Below, one piece after another: positions 29,198-37,601 of a DNA stretch of 63,572 bases (the first letter of the stretch is position 1; every line of letters starts with the position of its first letter). The translations under genes were made by a program, and so were the position numbers. The stretch is from the IMG/VR virus record IMGVR_UViG_3300009788_000107, positions 1 to 63,572 of that record. The stretch is one strand, 5' to 3'. The notes beneath the pieces were generated by a model, which was not told the origin of the DNA, made no database searches, and worked only from the letters and a program-made list of their open reading frames with translations. The DNA comes from a virus. Taxonomy: Duplodnaviria > Caudoviricetes.

Positions 29198-29507
29198 CGG
29201 CCGGGAGTCCCTTCGGCCAGACAGCGCGACCGCTGATCGAGGAGACAATCTCCCCGTCGACCTGGTACCGAAGCTCGACGTACCCGCCGTGAGGGAGCGG
29301 CTGAATCCGCCAGGGTTCCGGAACTAAGAACGTGAAGGTGTCGGCGCTCGTCCAGCGCTTCTCGAACTCCAGCCACGGAGAGCGTTCGATCTCTCGCTCG
29401 GCCTTCTCCTCCGCGTCGACGATCGCGGTCAGACGTGAATGAGAAATGGAGTCTTGCGTCGTGTGCTCGAAGTGGTCCTGAATGGCCTTCCGCAGTCTGA
29501 TGAACAT
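29187..29507 (-). CDS. hypothetical protein
   Basis: 106 aa with RBS. Confidence 0.45.
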   Translation of the reverse strand: MFIRLRKAIQDHFEHTTQDSISHSRLTAIVDAEEKAEREIERSPWLEFEKRWTSADTFTFLVPEPWRIQPLPHGGYVELRYQVDGEIVSSISGRAVWPKGLPADAV

Positions 29508-30033
29508 AGAGCCTCCGTCGTCTGAGTGACAGTGACACCGAGCGAAGGAGCCAGTTTCATGAAGGCGAGAACACCCTCGATCAGCTCGTCGTCGGTGAGG
29601 ACTTGGACGGACGGAAACCCGAGAGCGGCGAAGTGGCGCTTCACCGAGAGGCAGGTTCGACGCAATCTCCAGCGCCGATACGTCGCTCGAACCAAGTCGA
29701 GATTGATCATGTCTAAACCTCCGTCCGTCCGTCCGTTAGGAGCTGTGAATCTACTCCGCGAAGCGACTCGGCGTCAAGCTCACCCGTAGAACCGGTGAGG
29801 GGTCGGCCCATCGTTCAGGAGTCCAGGCGGGATCCCGAACCAGCGTGCGATCTCCTTCGCTTGCAGTTCGCGGAGCGCGAGGAACTCTCCAGAGGAGACG
29901 ATCGCCTGTTTCCCGTGGAGCGGCGCGGTCGCGCCCATCGCGAAGAACCTCGCGGCATAGTCGGAGGCGACAGGCGTCCTGAATGCGACGACGACCGGCG
30001 CGGCAAGTATCGAGAAGAAGACTCGTCTATTCA

Positions 30034-30777
30034 TTAGTCGTTCACCAGGATCATCGAGTATTGAACGAACGCCGCTGTATCGTCCGCGTCGACGGAGACA
30101 ATCCACTTCAGATCGCCCGTTTCGTATTTCGTCGGAACGCCGTTCGCGAGGTCCGGCGAGGGAGAACCGTCCGACCGCTGGCGGAAATCGTTTTGTATCC
30201 GCCACGCGCCGCCAGTCGGTCGGTAGAAGAGTCGGAAGTTTCCCTGTTTTGATGCGCCGCCCGCCGCCGCCGCGATCGAGGTATGCATCGAGATCATATA
30301 GACGCTATGAGAGACCGGGATCAAATAGTGACCGATCAAGCTCTGACCGTCGCCCGCCGCGATCGTGCATTGGCGAGCGCCGGATCCGGACGAGGTCGGA
30401 TCGATCGTGATGATCCCGGCGTTCTCTAGACCGGTCCCGGTTGTCACGACGAAGACGCGGTTCAGACGGATGAAGGCCTGAGTCGTGACGACCGGCGTCA
30501 GTCCGGCGAGCGTAACGATTTCGGTGATCTCCTCGAAACTGGCGTCGCAACCTTCAAGCAGAACGGTTCGAGCGCCGGTCCCCGCGCCCGCGTCGGCCGC
30601 ATCCGTACTCACAATGTCGAGCGTTTCTGCCGCTGCGAGGTACGTCCGGAGTCCGCCTGTCGCCCAGACTTCCTCAGCGGCGGCGAGGTCGACGTCGGCG
30701 TTCCGGCCGAACTTGTTCACGATCCGATGGGACTGAATGTTTCCCTTCGCGAGCCTCAGCGAGTATTCGTCCATCAT
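30034..30777 (-). CDS. conserved hypothetical, probably structural protein
   Basis: KFGRNADVD...EEVW...GTGARTV.LEG.D...E.VTL.G..PV.T...FIRLNR, a family I recognise from environmental phages. Confidence 0.7.
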   Translation of the reverse strand: MMDEYSLRLAKGNIQSHRIVNKFGRNADVDLAAAEEVWATGGLRTYLAAAETLDIVSTDAADAGAGTGARTVLLEGCDASFEEITEIVTLAGLTPVVTTQAFIRLNRVFVVTTGTGLENAGIITIDPTSSGSGARQCTIAAGDGQSLIGHYLIPVSHSVYMISMHTSIAAAAGGASKQGNFRLFYRPTGGAWRIQNDFRQRSDGSPSPDLANGVPTKYETGDLKWIVSVDADDTAAFVQYSMILVND

Positions 30778-30787
30778 CGGTTTCTCC

Positions 30788-31258
30788 TCACGGAATGAAT
30801 CGTGGGTTCGTCGGCGGCGCGATCATGATGAGCGTCGCCCCTTCGACGGAGCATCCGTCCGCCGAGTCCCAGACGCCGGTCGCGGTCCCGAGATCGTTAC
30901 AGGCGATCACCTTTGTTTTGAGCTGAACGTACGTGTCCTGAAGGCGGAACTCGTACTGTTCTGCGGCGCACGTCGGATCCCCACACGGAACGAGACCGGC
31001 GTCGAACCAGGTCGACCCGTCGTACACCATGAACCGAGCGACTTCACAGCCAGGATTCAGACCAGGGTTTGACGGGTCCGGACAGCGCTGGACGAGCGCC
31101 GCGTCGGCATAGCCCCAGACGAGGAGCGGACCGAGCGCGAGCGGGTCGAACACCCCGAGCGGCGGCTCTGACCCGAACGGATTCTGAAACGTGATCGGCG
31201 TCCGGACGGAACAGCTCGCCGTCGCAAGCGTCAGCGCGACAACGATCGCGGCTCTCAT
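30788..31258 (-). CDS. putative lipoprotein
   Basis: Hydrophobic leader ending LATASC; C-terminal APPTNPRF. Confidence 0.6.
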   Translation of the reverse strand: MRAAIVVALTLATASCSVRTPITFQNPFGSEPPLGVFDPLALGPLLVWGYADAALVQRCPDPSNPGLNPGCEVARFMVYDGSTWFDAGLVPCGDPTCAAEQYEFRLQDTYVQLKTKVIACNDLGTATGVWDSADGCSVEGATLIMIAPPTNPRFIP

Positions 31259-31668
31259 CCGATCACAATCTGAGTGGTTCCGACGACCTCCGCGAAGCGC
31301 GGGTTCGACGGTCCGCCAGGTTGCCGGATCGCGTTGTTGGTCGCGGGGACGTCGACCGAGGCGATCGTCGGATCGAACACCGCTCGGAACACGCCGGTAT
31401 AGGTCCCGAAGGTGATCGGCTGGACGTTGATCGACACCGTGACATCTTGACCCGCGACGCCGGTCGGTTTCCCGAGCGGGATCGTTGCCTCGATAGCTCC
31501 GGATGAATCGACCAGGTCAACCTCGTAACTCGTGACCAGGCTGTGATCGACCGACAGCTCGAACCTAACCTCTGAGGGATTGACGACGTCCTGTGCGTGT
31601 GCGGGAGCGACCAGAAAGACCAGGACGAACGAGACGAGAAGAATCAGCGCGACAGTGAGTGTCTTCAT
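31255..31668 (-). CDS. secreted FN3/Ig-like protein
   Basis: Signal peptide ending APAHA-Q; beta-rich; C-terminal PGGPSNPRF. Confidence 0.65.
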   Translation of the reverse strand: MKTLTVALILLVSFVLVFLVAPAHAQDVVNPSEVRFELSVDHSLVTSYEVDLVDSSGAIEATIPLGKPTGVAGQDVTVSINVQPITFGTYTGVFRAVFDPTIASVDVPATNNAIRQPGGPSNPRFAEVVGTTQIVIG

Positions 31669-31793
31669 TCGGACAGCCTATCACGCGATTGAGTAAGACA
31701 GCCGGGACGACCCGTACGCCTCCGTTGCGCGCTACTAAGAGACCGCGAGTGGGACCCCGGCTGACCTACCCACAAATTAGGGTAATAATATAC

Positions 31794-31822
31794 TTGACTC
31801 CCCACTACTTACCCAGTAATAT
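31794..31822 (+). promoter_or_regulatory. sigma70-like promoter of the transposase
   Basis: TTGACT (31794-31799), 17-bp spacer, TAATAT (31817-31822). The ATG follows 6 nt later, suggesting a leaderless mRNA. Confidence 0.65.
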
Positions 31823-31828
31823 AGGGGC

Positions 31829-32779
31829 ATGTCAGACGTAGGCACCCCTAAAACCCTCCAAGAAGCCATTATCCACTTCGCTGACCCAGAGGTAGCGCAC
31901 CAGACGATGGTCCAGATGCGCTGGCCCCACGGCGTCGCCTGTCCGACCTGTGGCAATATCGAAGTAAAATACCGAGCAAAACAGCGCACCTGGCGCTGCC
32001 GTGAGCATAGCAAGAATCAGGACTTCTCGGTCAAGAAGGGCACGATCTTCGAGGACAGCCCGATTAGCCTCTCAAAGTGGCTCACGGCCATCTGGTTGAT
32101 AGCGAACTGCAAGAACGGTATCAGTAGCTACGAACTAGCCGGCTCCATCGGTGTTACCCAGAAGACCGGCTGGTTCATGCTTCAGCGGATTCGGAAAGCG
32201 ATGCAGGCCAAGACGTTCGACAAGCTCGGGGAAGAGGTCGAGATAGACGAGACCTACATCGGCGGCAAGGCTCGGAACATGCACAAGGGGCAGCGCAAGC
32301 TAAAGGGGACGGGCGGTGTCGGCAAGGCAGTGGTCATGGGACTCTTGCAGCGGCACGGGCCAGACAAACATTCGACCGTGCGAACGACGGTCATTGGTCG
32401 ACCTCGCAAGTATGTCCTTCAGGGCGAAGTGCTCGACACGGTCGCGCCGGGGTCACAGGTCTACACGGACGAGCTAAAGTCCTACGATGGACTCGACAGC
32501 CACTACGCCCACAAGGTCATCAACCACGCGGAGAGTTATGCGCGCGGCAACGTGCATACGAACGGCATCGAAAACTTCTGGAGCTTGCTCAAGCGGTCGC
32601 TCTCCGGCACATATGTCAGTGTTGAACCCTTCCACCTATTCCGGTATCTTGACGAGCAGGCGTATCGGTTCAACCATCGGAAGCAGACGGACGCGGAGCG
32701 GTTCGCGGGTGTGCTAAGTTCAGTCGAAGGACGGCGCGTGACTTATCAGCAACTAACGGGACGCCCAGGCGATTTGTAG
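31829..32779 (+). CDS. IS1595-family DDE transposase
   Basis: N-terminal Zn ribbon RWPHGVACPTCG; FSVKKGTIFEDS; VEIDETYIGG; YTDE; HTNGIENFWSLLKR; YLDEQAYRFN. Confidence 0.95.
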   Translation: MSDVGTPKTLQEAIIHFADPEVAHQTMVQMRWPHGVACPTCGNIEVKYRAKQRTWRCREHSKNQDFSVKKGTIFEDSPISLSKWLTAIWLIANCKNGISSYELAGSIGVTQKTGWFMLQRIRKAMQAKTFDKLGEEVEIDETYIGGKARNMHKGQRKLKGTGGVGKAVVMGLLQRHGPDKHSTVRTTVIGRPRKYVLQGEVLDTVAPGSQVYTDELKSYDGLDSHYAHKVINHAESYARGNVHTNGIENFWSLLKRSLSGTYVSVEPFHLFRYLDEQAYRFNHRKQTDAERFAGVLSSVEGRRVTYQQLTGRPGDL

Positions 32780-32822
32780 GGGCCACGGAACTGCCAATTT
32801 CGAGGAAGACGGCGCAGGCCAG

Positions 32823-32993
32823 ATGACAGCGCGACCATCGTGGACACCACCGGCGACCGAAGGCGAGACACCGCACGCGCGGTTCACGAATCTACTGGCT
32901 CGTCTGCTCAAAGTCCCAAAGCACGAAATCGACGAACAACGAGAAAGCGAACGAGTAGCTAAGACCAGGAAAAAGAAAGCTGCATCAGACTAG
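32823..32993 (+). CDS. small basic IS-associated ORF (56 aa; not in ORF track)
   Basis: MTARPSWTPPATEGETPHARFTNLLARLLKVPKHEIDEQRESERVAKTRKKKAASD. Resembles short RF..LL..LL.VPK.EI peptides I associate with the 3' side of such transposases. Confidence 0.6.
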   Translation: MTARPSWTPPATEGETPHARFTNLLARLLKVPKHEIDEQRESERVAKTRKKKAASD

Positions 32994-33079
32994 GTGCGGG
33001 CGGTGGGAGTCGAACCCACAAGCCCTGCCAGGCGGCGATTCTAGAAATCGCTGTGTTTACCGATTTTCACCACGCCCGC
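32993..33079 (-). tRNA. type II (Leu-like) tRNA with CUA anticodon - amber suppressor
   Basis: GCGGGCG acceptor / GTG-AAAATCGGTAAA-CAC D arm / GCGAT-TTCTAGA-ATCGC anticodon arm (U33, CUA at 33044-33042, G37) / long variable arm / GTGGG-TTCGACT-CCCAC T arm / CGCCCGC-A-CC. Terminal A of CCA is not encoded. Confidence 0.9.
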
Positions 33080-33101
33080 ATCCTGGTTTCCTCGCCGAAG
33101 T

Positions 33102-34289
33102 TCACACGGTCGCCGCTTCTGATTGCAAGCCAGGCACTGAGTCTGTTTCGCTAGCGAACGGGTCTTCGTGTTCTGGACCACGCTCCGCTTCACGCACCTT
33201 TTTCCAAATCTCTTGCAGTTGCAGGCCTGGGAAATAGCGGCGACCCTTTCGCTCACCCGCAGTGACTATGAACCCATGGTCGGCTAACATCTTAAGGTCT
33301 CTAGTTGCGACGTGTTCAGGAACGCCCGCTGCGTGCCGATAGTGGGGATTCCTAATACCGTTTTGCGGGCGCATGGTCACATTGACTAAGCTAGCCACCA
33401 TCCTTTCCGGAAGTTTCGCGCTGGCAATTAATTGCTCAACCTCATCCCACACGCGCTGCATTTGGCGAGTTCGACGGAGCAATCGCATCGCTTGGCGATA
33501 GTGGGCAATCAAACAGAATCGAATCCATCGGCTTGTGTCGTTCTCAGGATGCCATGCTCCTTTTGCCGTGTCTGACAGCACAGCGTAATAGTCTGCGCGC
33601 TCGTTCCATAGATACTCTTCAATGCTGCAAAACTCTGGGCTTAGGATCTCCTCCCGAGCTAGAACCATGGTTTGGAGACATCTGGCCATTCGACCATTTC
33701 CGTCTGAGAACGGGTGAATCATTACCAAGTTAAGGTGCGCCATAGCTGCCCGTATCATCGGTGGCAGAGCAGAAGCTTCAGACAGGTCGCTGACTAATTC
33801 CGTGACTAGCTCAGGGATAAGTGCGTCGTCAGGAGCGTCGTACACCACCTTCTTTGTTGCCTCGTTTCGGACATAGATCGGCCCAGGGCGGTATCGGCCG
33901 GGATGTTTTGGTGGTCCGTAGTCGAGGGTGTATTTCATGATCATGAAGTGCAACCCTCGGATGAGGTCATCTGAATATTTGAAGTGAAGATCGTCCGAGA
34001 GCTGCAGAACGTATGTCATTGCCTCTTGATAACCACGGACGGCGGCCCAGGTTTTCCCTGGGGTCTCAATAGGTTCTTCACCATCAACGGCGGCAACAGC
34101 ATCCTCGTCGCTTACGTGATACCCCTCGATGCTATTCGACCCTTGGAGCGCTTTGGCAGCCGCAAAGCGACTAAGCAAACCGGTCCAGCGGCGCGGCTGG
34201 ACGGCATTGCGTAGCCGCTTCCTGAGATCATCAATACGTTTATGGACCTCTACCTCATGTGGGGTAAGGTCAATAGCTCTGAATAACAT
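33102..34289 (-). CDS. Fic-family AMPylase with N-terminal inhibitory motif and probable C-terminal HTH
   Basis: Catalytic HPFSDGNGRMAR; inhibitory (S/T)xxxE(G/N) motif SNSIEG; C-terminal ATRDLKML...GERKGRRY. Confidence 0.92.
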   Translation of the reverse strand: MLFRAIDLTPHEVEVHKRIDDLRKRLRNAVQPRRWTGLLSRFAAAKALQGSNSIEGYHVSDEDAVAAVDGEEPIETPGKTWAAVRGYQEAMTYVLQLSDDLHFKYSDDLIRGLHFMIMKYTLDYGPPKHPGRYRPGPIYVRNEATKKVVYDAPDDALIPELVTELVSDLSEASALPPMIRAAMAHLNLVMIHPFSDGNGRMARCLQTMVLAREEILSPEFCSIEEYLWNERADYYAVLSDTAKGAWHPENDTSRWIRFCLIAHYRQAMRLLRRTRQMQRVWDEVEQLIASAKLPERMVASLVNVTMRPQNGIRNPHYRHAAGVPEHVATRDLKMLADHGFIVTAGERKGRRYFPGLQLQEIWKKVREAERGPEHEDPFASETDSVPGLQSEAATV

Positions 34290-34408
34290 TTAAGGTGCCA
34301 TGTAAGAATGTATGTTATAAACCAACTCTGAGGCGTATGATATCTTACAAGAGACATAATATCAAACATATTTCGTGGTAATATATCCAACATTAGGGAG
34401 AGAACTTT

Positions 34409-34681
34409 CTACTTTCGCCTAATAGATACGAGATATAGTGGTGTTTGCACGCATGGCCTGTTGTCGCAGCGGTGGAGAACCTGAAGGCCTGGCGGGATAG
34501 CTCCGTGCGTCAGTTCGTAACTGAACCGATGAGCGTCGATCTTCCTGTTGCTTTTCCTGTGTTCGCCGATCCAAAACCGGCCGTATCCTCCCCGACGTTG
34601 GCCGAGCCATATCCAACACTCGCCGCTGTGTGCGTCGACCTTCTGCCAGAACCGATCGATCGTTGATCGCGGATAGCTCAT
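34409..34681 (-). pseudogene. truncated HNH homing endonuclease
   Basis: RFWQKV...CWIW...AHRFSYEL..G.IP.GLQVLHRCDNRPCV, then unrelated AT-rich sequence where NP.HL should follow. Confidence 0.7.
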
Positions 34682-35307
34682 CGGTCTGAAAGTGGAACGA
34701 ACCGGTCCGGCGCGTTCCCTCGTGGAGGTTGCGGGTCGACGCGGCGAGGCGTCGGAGTCGGTCGCTTCACGCCGGAGAAGGTGAACGTGATCGCGGTCGT
34801 ATAGTTTGTCTTCGTGAACGTCCGGATCTCCGTTGCGCCGCCTGGAGGCGCGAGGCCGGGAACGAACGTCGGATCCGCGAAGACGGCGTTCGGTTGCGCG
34901 CAGACAGCGACGCCGACGCCGAAGGCCATTCCGCCGCGCTTGAACGCGAACGTCGGTCCAGCGCAGAGCTTGTCTATGATATTTTCCCCAGGCTCGGCGA
35001 GGATGCTCGGTCCGACCTCAAGCCACGGGAGAACGGGGAACAAAAGCTGAAGCGATCCGACAGGTCGAACAGCGGAGTCGAGATCCTCGTCGGTCTGGAT
35101 CACGATCGCGTCTTTCCCCTCACCGAAGATCGCGAGACCGGCGCGAGGGTCGTTAAAGTTTGTCCGGAACGTGGTCCCGACTGCCCACCATCGGACCTCG
35201 CCGTTCGGGTCGACCTCGTCCTCGTCCTCCTGAGCGAAGACCGGCGCGACGGTGATCGAGAGGACGAACCAGAAGACGAGCGTCGAGATCAGCGTTCGTA
35301 CGATCAT
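34678..35307 (-). CDS. secreted / possible outer-membrane protein
   Basis: Signal peptide ending APVFA-Q; amphipathic beta-strand pattern. Confidence 0.6.
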   Translation of the reverse strand: MIVRTLISTLVFWFVLSITVAPVFAQEDEDEVDPNGEVRWWAVGTTFRTNFNDPRAGLAIFGEGKDAIVIQTDEDLDSAVRPVGSLQLLFPVLPWLEVGPSILAEPGENIIDKLCAGPTFAFKRGGMAFGVGVAVCAQPNAVFADPTFVPGLAPPGGATEIRTFTKTNYTTAITFTFSGVKRPTPTPRRVDPQPPRGNAPDRFVPLSDR

Positions 35308-36407
35308 GTGAGCCTCATTCCCTGTCCGAAGACCGCGACGACGTCGCTGATCTTGTTTGCGATCGTGATGTCCGGTCCGCCTTGCTGAGGACCGCCCGCG
35401 AAGAGAAGCGACCAGAGTTCGGATCCATCGTCCGAGACAATCCACGACCCCGAGTCGCCGCCCGCGCTTCCCGCGCTCACGCCGTCCCGGTGTGTGTAGA
35501 TGTCCTGATCCTCGAACTCGGCGACATTCGAGCCCCCGTATCCCACGTCGACGACTCCCTCGACGCCGGTACAGATCAGCGGAGTGAGAAGCGTCGTCCG
35601 GCCGAGCTTATTCGTAAGACCGCCGAGCGGCGCGACGCCGAAGTTCTGCGGCTGTCCGATCCCTTCGATCTCCGGAATGATCAAGTCTTGGTCGAGAAGT
35701 TTCTGAAGCGACGCGTCGACGTGGTTCTTCCCCCAGGGTTGTTCTAAGTACCTGGGACCGACCCGCATTCGGAACGGACAGCGCGTCGCCCTCGCGCCCG
35801 CATTCCCGAGAGCGCGAACCGAGTTCCACCAGGCTTTCGCGATCATGGTGTTTTTCTTCCCTGGGACGCTCGCGCCTCGCATCGTGATCTCGGCCCACTC
35901 CGCGAGCGTCGCGACCTGGTCGACCGGATCGATTCCCTGGTCGTGTGGTCCCGGCTGGAGATAGTGATCGCCGACCTTGACCGCTGTCGACCAGTGAGGC
36001 GCGCCGACGTGCGCGTTCGTGAGGAGGAACCAGTCGCCGGAGGGTCCCCACTTCACGAACCCGCCGTTCGTCCCCGCTGTGATGCTGTGGTGTCCCCCTG
36101 AGGACCCGCCTCGGAACGGACGCGCTCGCCCGGTCCCGGCCTGAGACTCGACGTCGACCACTCGCGGGAGAATCGGACGCGGAGCCTCGAACAGCGGGAC
36201 CTCGATTACGTCGGTCGGTCCGCCGTCGATCTCGAGCGGAAGGCGATCGTCGGCCGCGACCAGGTCGAGAGGGATCTTCTTCTTCACCGAGAAGACCGTT
36301 CCGACGTCGTCGGTTCGCTGTCCACCCTTGAACTTATACCCGCGCCAGACGCCGTTCAGGTTTCGGTTCTTCGGTTTGAAATCGTTCGCGATCGTTCGGA
36401 CGTTCAT
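35304..36407 (-). CDS. trypsin-like serine protease
   Basis: Triad motifs LLTNAHV, HVDAS, GDSGS; QPG..D.G and K.GRTT motifs. Confidence 0.85.
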   Translation of the reverse strand: MNVRTIANDFKPKNRNLNGVWRGYKFKGGQRTDDVGTVFSVKKKIPLDLVAADDRLPLEIDGGPTDVIEVPLFEAPRPILPRVVDVESQAGTGRARPFRGGSSGGHHSITAGTNGGFVKWGPSGDWFLLTNAHVGAPHWSTAVKVGDHYLQPGPHDQGIDPVDQVATLAEWAEITMRGASVPGKKNTMIAKAWWNSVRALGNAGARATRCPFRMRVGPRYLEQPWGKNHVDASLQKLLDQDLIIPEIEGIGQPQNFGVAPLGGLTNKLGRTTLLTPLICTGVEGVVDVGYGGSNVAEFEDQDIYTHRDGVSAGSAGGDSGSWIVSDDGSELWSLLFAGGPQQGGPDITIANKISDVVAVFGQGMRLT

Positions 36408-36856
36408 AGCCTCTCCTCGACACACTCGCGAAAGTCGTCCAGATCGAACAGCTCGCCGGGACAGCTCTTCGCCGGGTTGAAATCGCGGTGTCCGACGATG
36501 CCCTCGACGTCGATCCCGAAGTAGTTACAGAGAAACGCGACGAACTTCGCGCTCGCGAGAAACACGTCGTCGGGAGGTTTGATCTCATCGTAGTTTCCGA
36601 CGATACAGACGCCGAGACTCTTCCGATTCATCCCGGCGTGTCGACAGTGCGCGCCGTTACGGCTCCAGCCGCGACCCATGAGGATCTCGGGGACCGGCTC
36701 ACCGTCGCGGCCGACGTTCGCCAGCTCGACCCCGAAGTGATAGCCGATATCGTTCCAGTGTTTCGTCTCAGTGTGGTATTTCCTGATCGCGCCCCAGGAC
36801 ACGGTTCCCGAGTCTTTCGTTAGACTGTGATGAATCATCACATGCTCGGGTGTCAT
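36404..36856 (-). CDS. endolysin, N-acetylmuramoyl-L-alanine amidase (Amidase_2, T7-lysozyme-like)
   Basis: IHHS...WNDIGYHF...GAHC...N..SLGVCIVGNYD...GHRDF...KSCPG. Confidence 0.92.
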   Translation of the reverse strand: MTPEHVMIHHSLTKDSGTVSWGAIRKYHTETKHWNDIGYHFGVELANVGRDGEPVPEILMGRGWSRNGAHCRHAGMNRKSLGVCIVGNYDEIKPPDDVFLASAKFVAFLCNYFGIDVEGIVGHRDFNPAKSCPGELFDLDDFRECVEERL

Positions 36857-37131
36857 TAGAGACCCTTCCGATAGAAGCGCCAGGTGAGGATCGCGAGACA
36901 GAGGACTTCGCTCAAGACGCCGATCATTTGCCAGACGTCGACACTCCCGCCTGTGAACCCGGTCCGCGCCAGGAAGACGCCCTTCTGAAACGCCTCCGCG
37001 TAGAAGTACAGGCCAAGAACCTGGAGGAGTGGACCGGAGTCCTTCGCGTACAGCCACGACCCGATCCGAACATCGGCCGCGAGCCGAAAGAGTGTCATCG
37101 CGAGATATGCCTCGGGAGGGATCTCACCCAT
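36856..37131 (-). CDS. small multi-pass membrane protein, holin candidate
   Basis: Hydrophobic segments, directly upstream of the endolysin. Confidence 0.5.
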   Translation of the reverse strand: MGEIPPEAYLAMTLFRLAADVRIGSWLYAKDSGPLLQVLGLYFYAEAFQKGVFLARTGFTGGSVDVWQMIGVLSEVLCLAILTWRFYRKGL

Positions 37132-37363
37132 GATGCACCGCCCGGCGTTGTCGGCGATCTAAGCGGCGCGCCGCGAGTTCCTCGATCCGCTGCTCCAGCT
37201 GCGCGGCGCGAGAGTCTTTCTCCTCGAAGCGTGTCGGGTCGGTCAGCTCCCCGCGATAGCCGGACCGCGTGACAAACTTCCCGGTCCCGAACTCTTCCTT
37301 CACGCAACCGTTCTCACGGTTGGTCCGACCGAAGAGCCGACGTAGATAATCCATCAGTTCCAT
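37124..37363 (-). CDS. hypothetical protein (lysis region)
   Basis: 79 aa with strong RBS. Confidence 0.5.
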   Translation of the reverse strand: MELMDYLRRLFGRTNRENGCVKEEFGTGKFVTRSGYRGELTDPTRFEEKDSRAAQLEQRIEELAARRLDRRQRRAVHHG

Positions 37364-37381
37364 AGCTCCTCCCTCCCCGCG

Positions 37382-37591
37382 TTACGCGTCGACGTCGACG
37401 ATCTCGACGAGCTTCCCGTTGATCTTGCTCTGTCGATCCTCGGCGACTTGCCACTTGTCCCGATCCGAGACCATGTCTCGATACACGAACCCCGGAACCC
37501 ACCAACCGCGAACGAGGCCGACGTACCCGAGGAACATGAACGAGACCAGCCCGATCCGTTCCCCAATCACTAACCATTCGCTCGGTGTCAT
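37382..37591 (-). CDS. small membrane protein, holin candidate
   Basis: One TM segment followed by GLVRGWWVPG..Y......RD.W. Confidence 0.55.
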   Translation of the reverse strand: MTPSEWLVIGERIGLVSFMFLGYVGLVRGWWVPGFVYRDMVSDRDKWQVAEDRQSKINGKLVEIVDVDA

Positions 37592-37601
37592 AGCTCGGCG
37601 T

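Larger units (their letters stand above)
31780..34445. mobile_element. IS1595-family element with passenger cargo (left end clear, right end uncertain)
   Basis: Abrupt GC drop, and the only convincing plus-strand genes in the window. Left-end sequence GGGTAATAATATACTTGACTCCCC precedes the transposase. A truncated HNH gene marks the probable right boundary. Confidence 0.7.

Noticed and set aside
33040-33046. Reading the tRNA as ordinary tRNA-Leu(UAG)
   Set aside because: That register would place C at position 33 and put the anticodon off-centre in the 7-nt loop. The stem pairing fixes CUA at positions 34-36.
32993-33079. tRNA as attP/attL integration site
   Set aside because: No integrase was recognised and no duplicated tRNA 3' fragment was seen in the window.
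34355-34445. Right inverted repeat of the IS (ATCAAACATATT) and an NrdR-box-like CCACTATATCTCGTAT
   Set aside because: The matches are partial in AT-rich DNA, with no terminal CC or target duplication and no nucleotide-reductase gene nearby.
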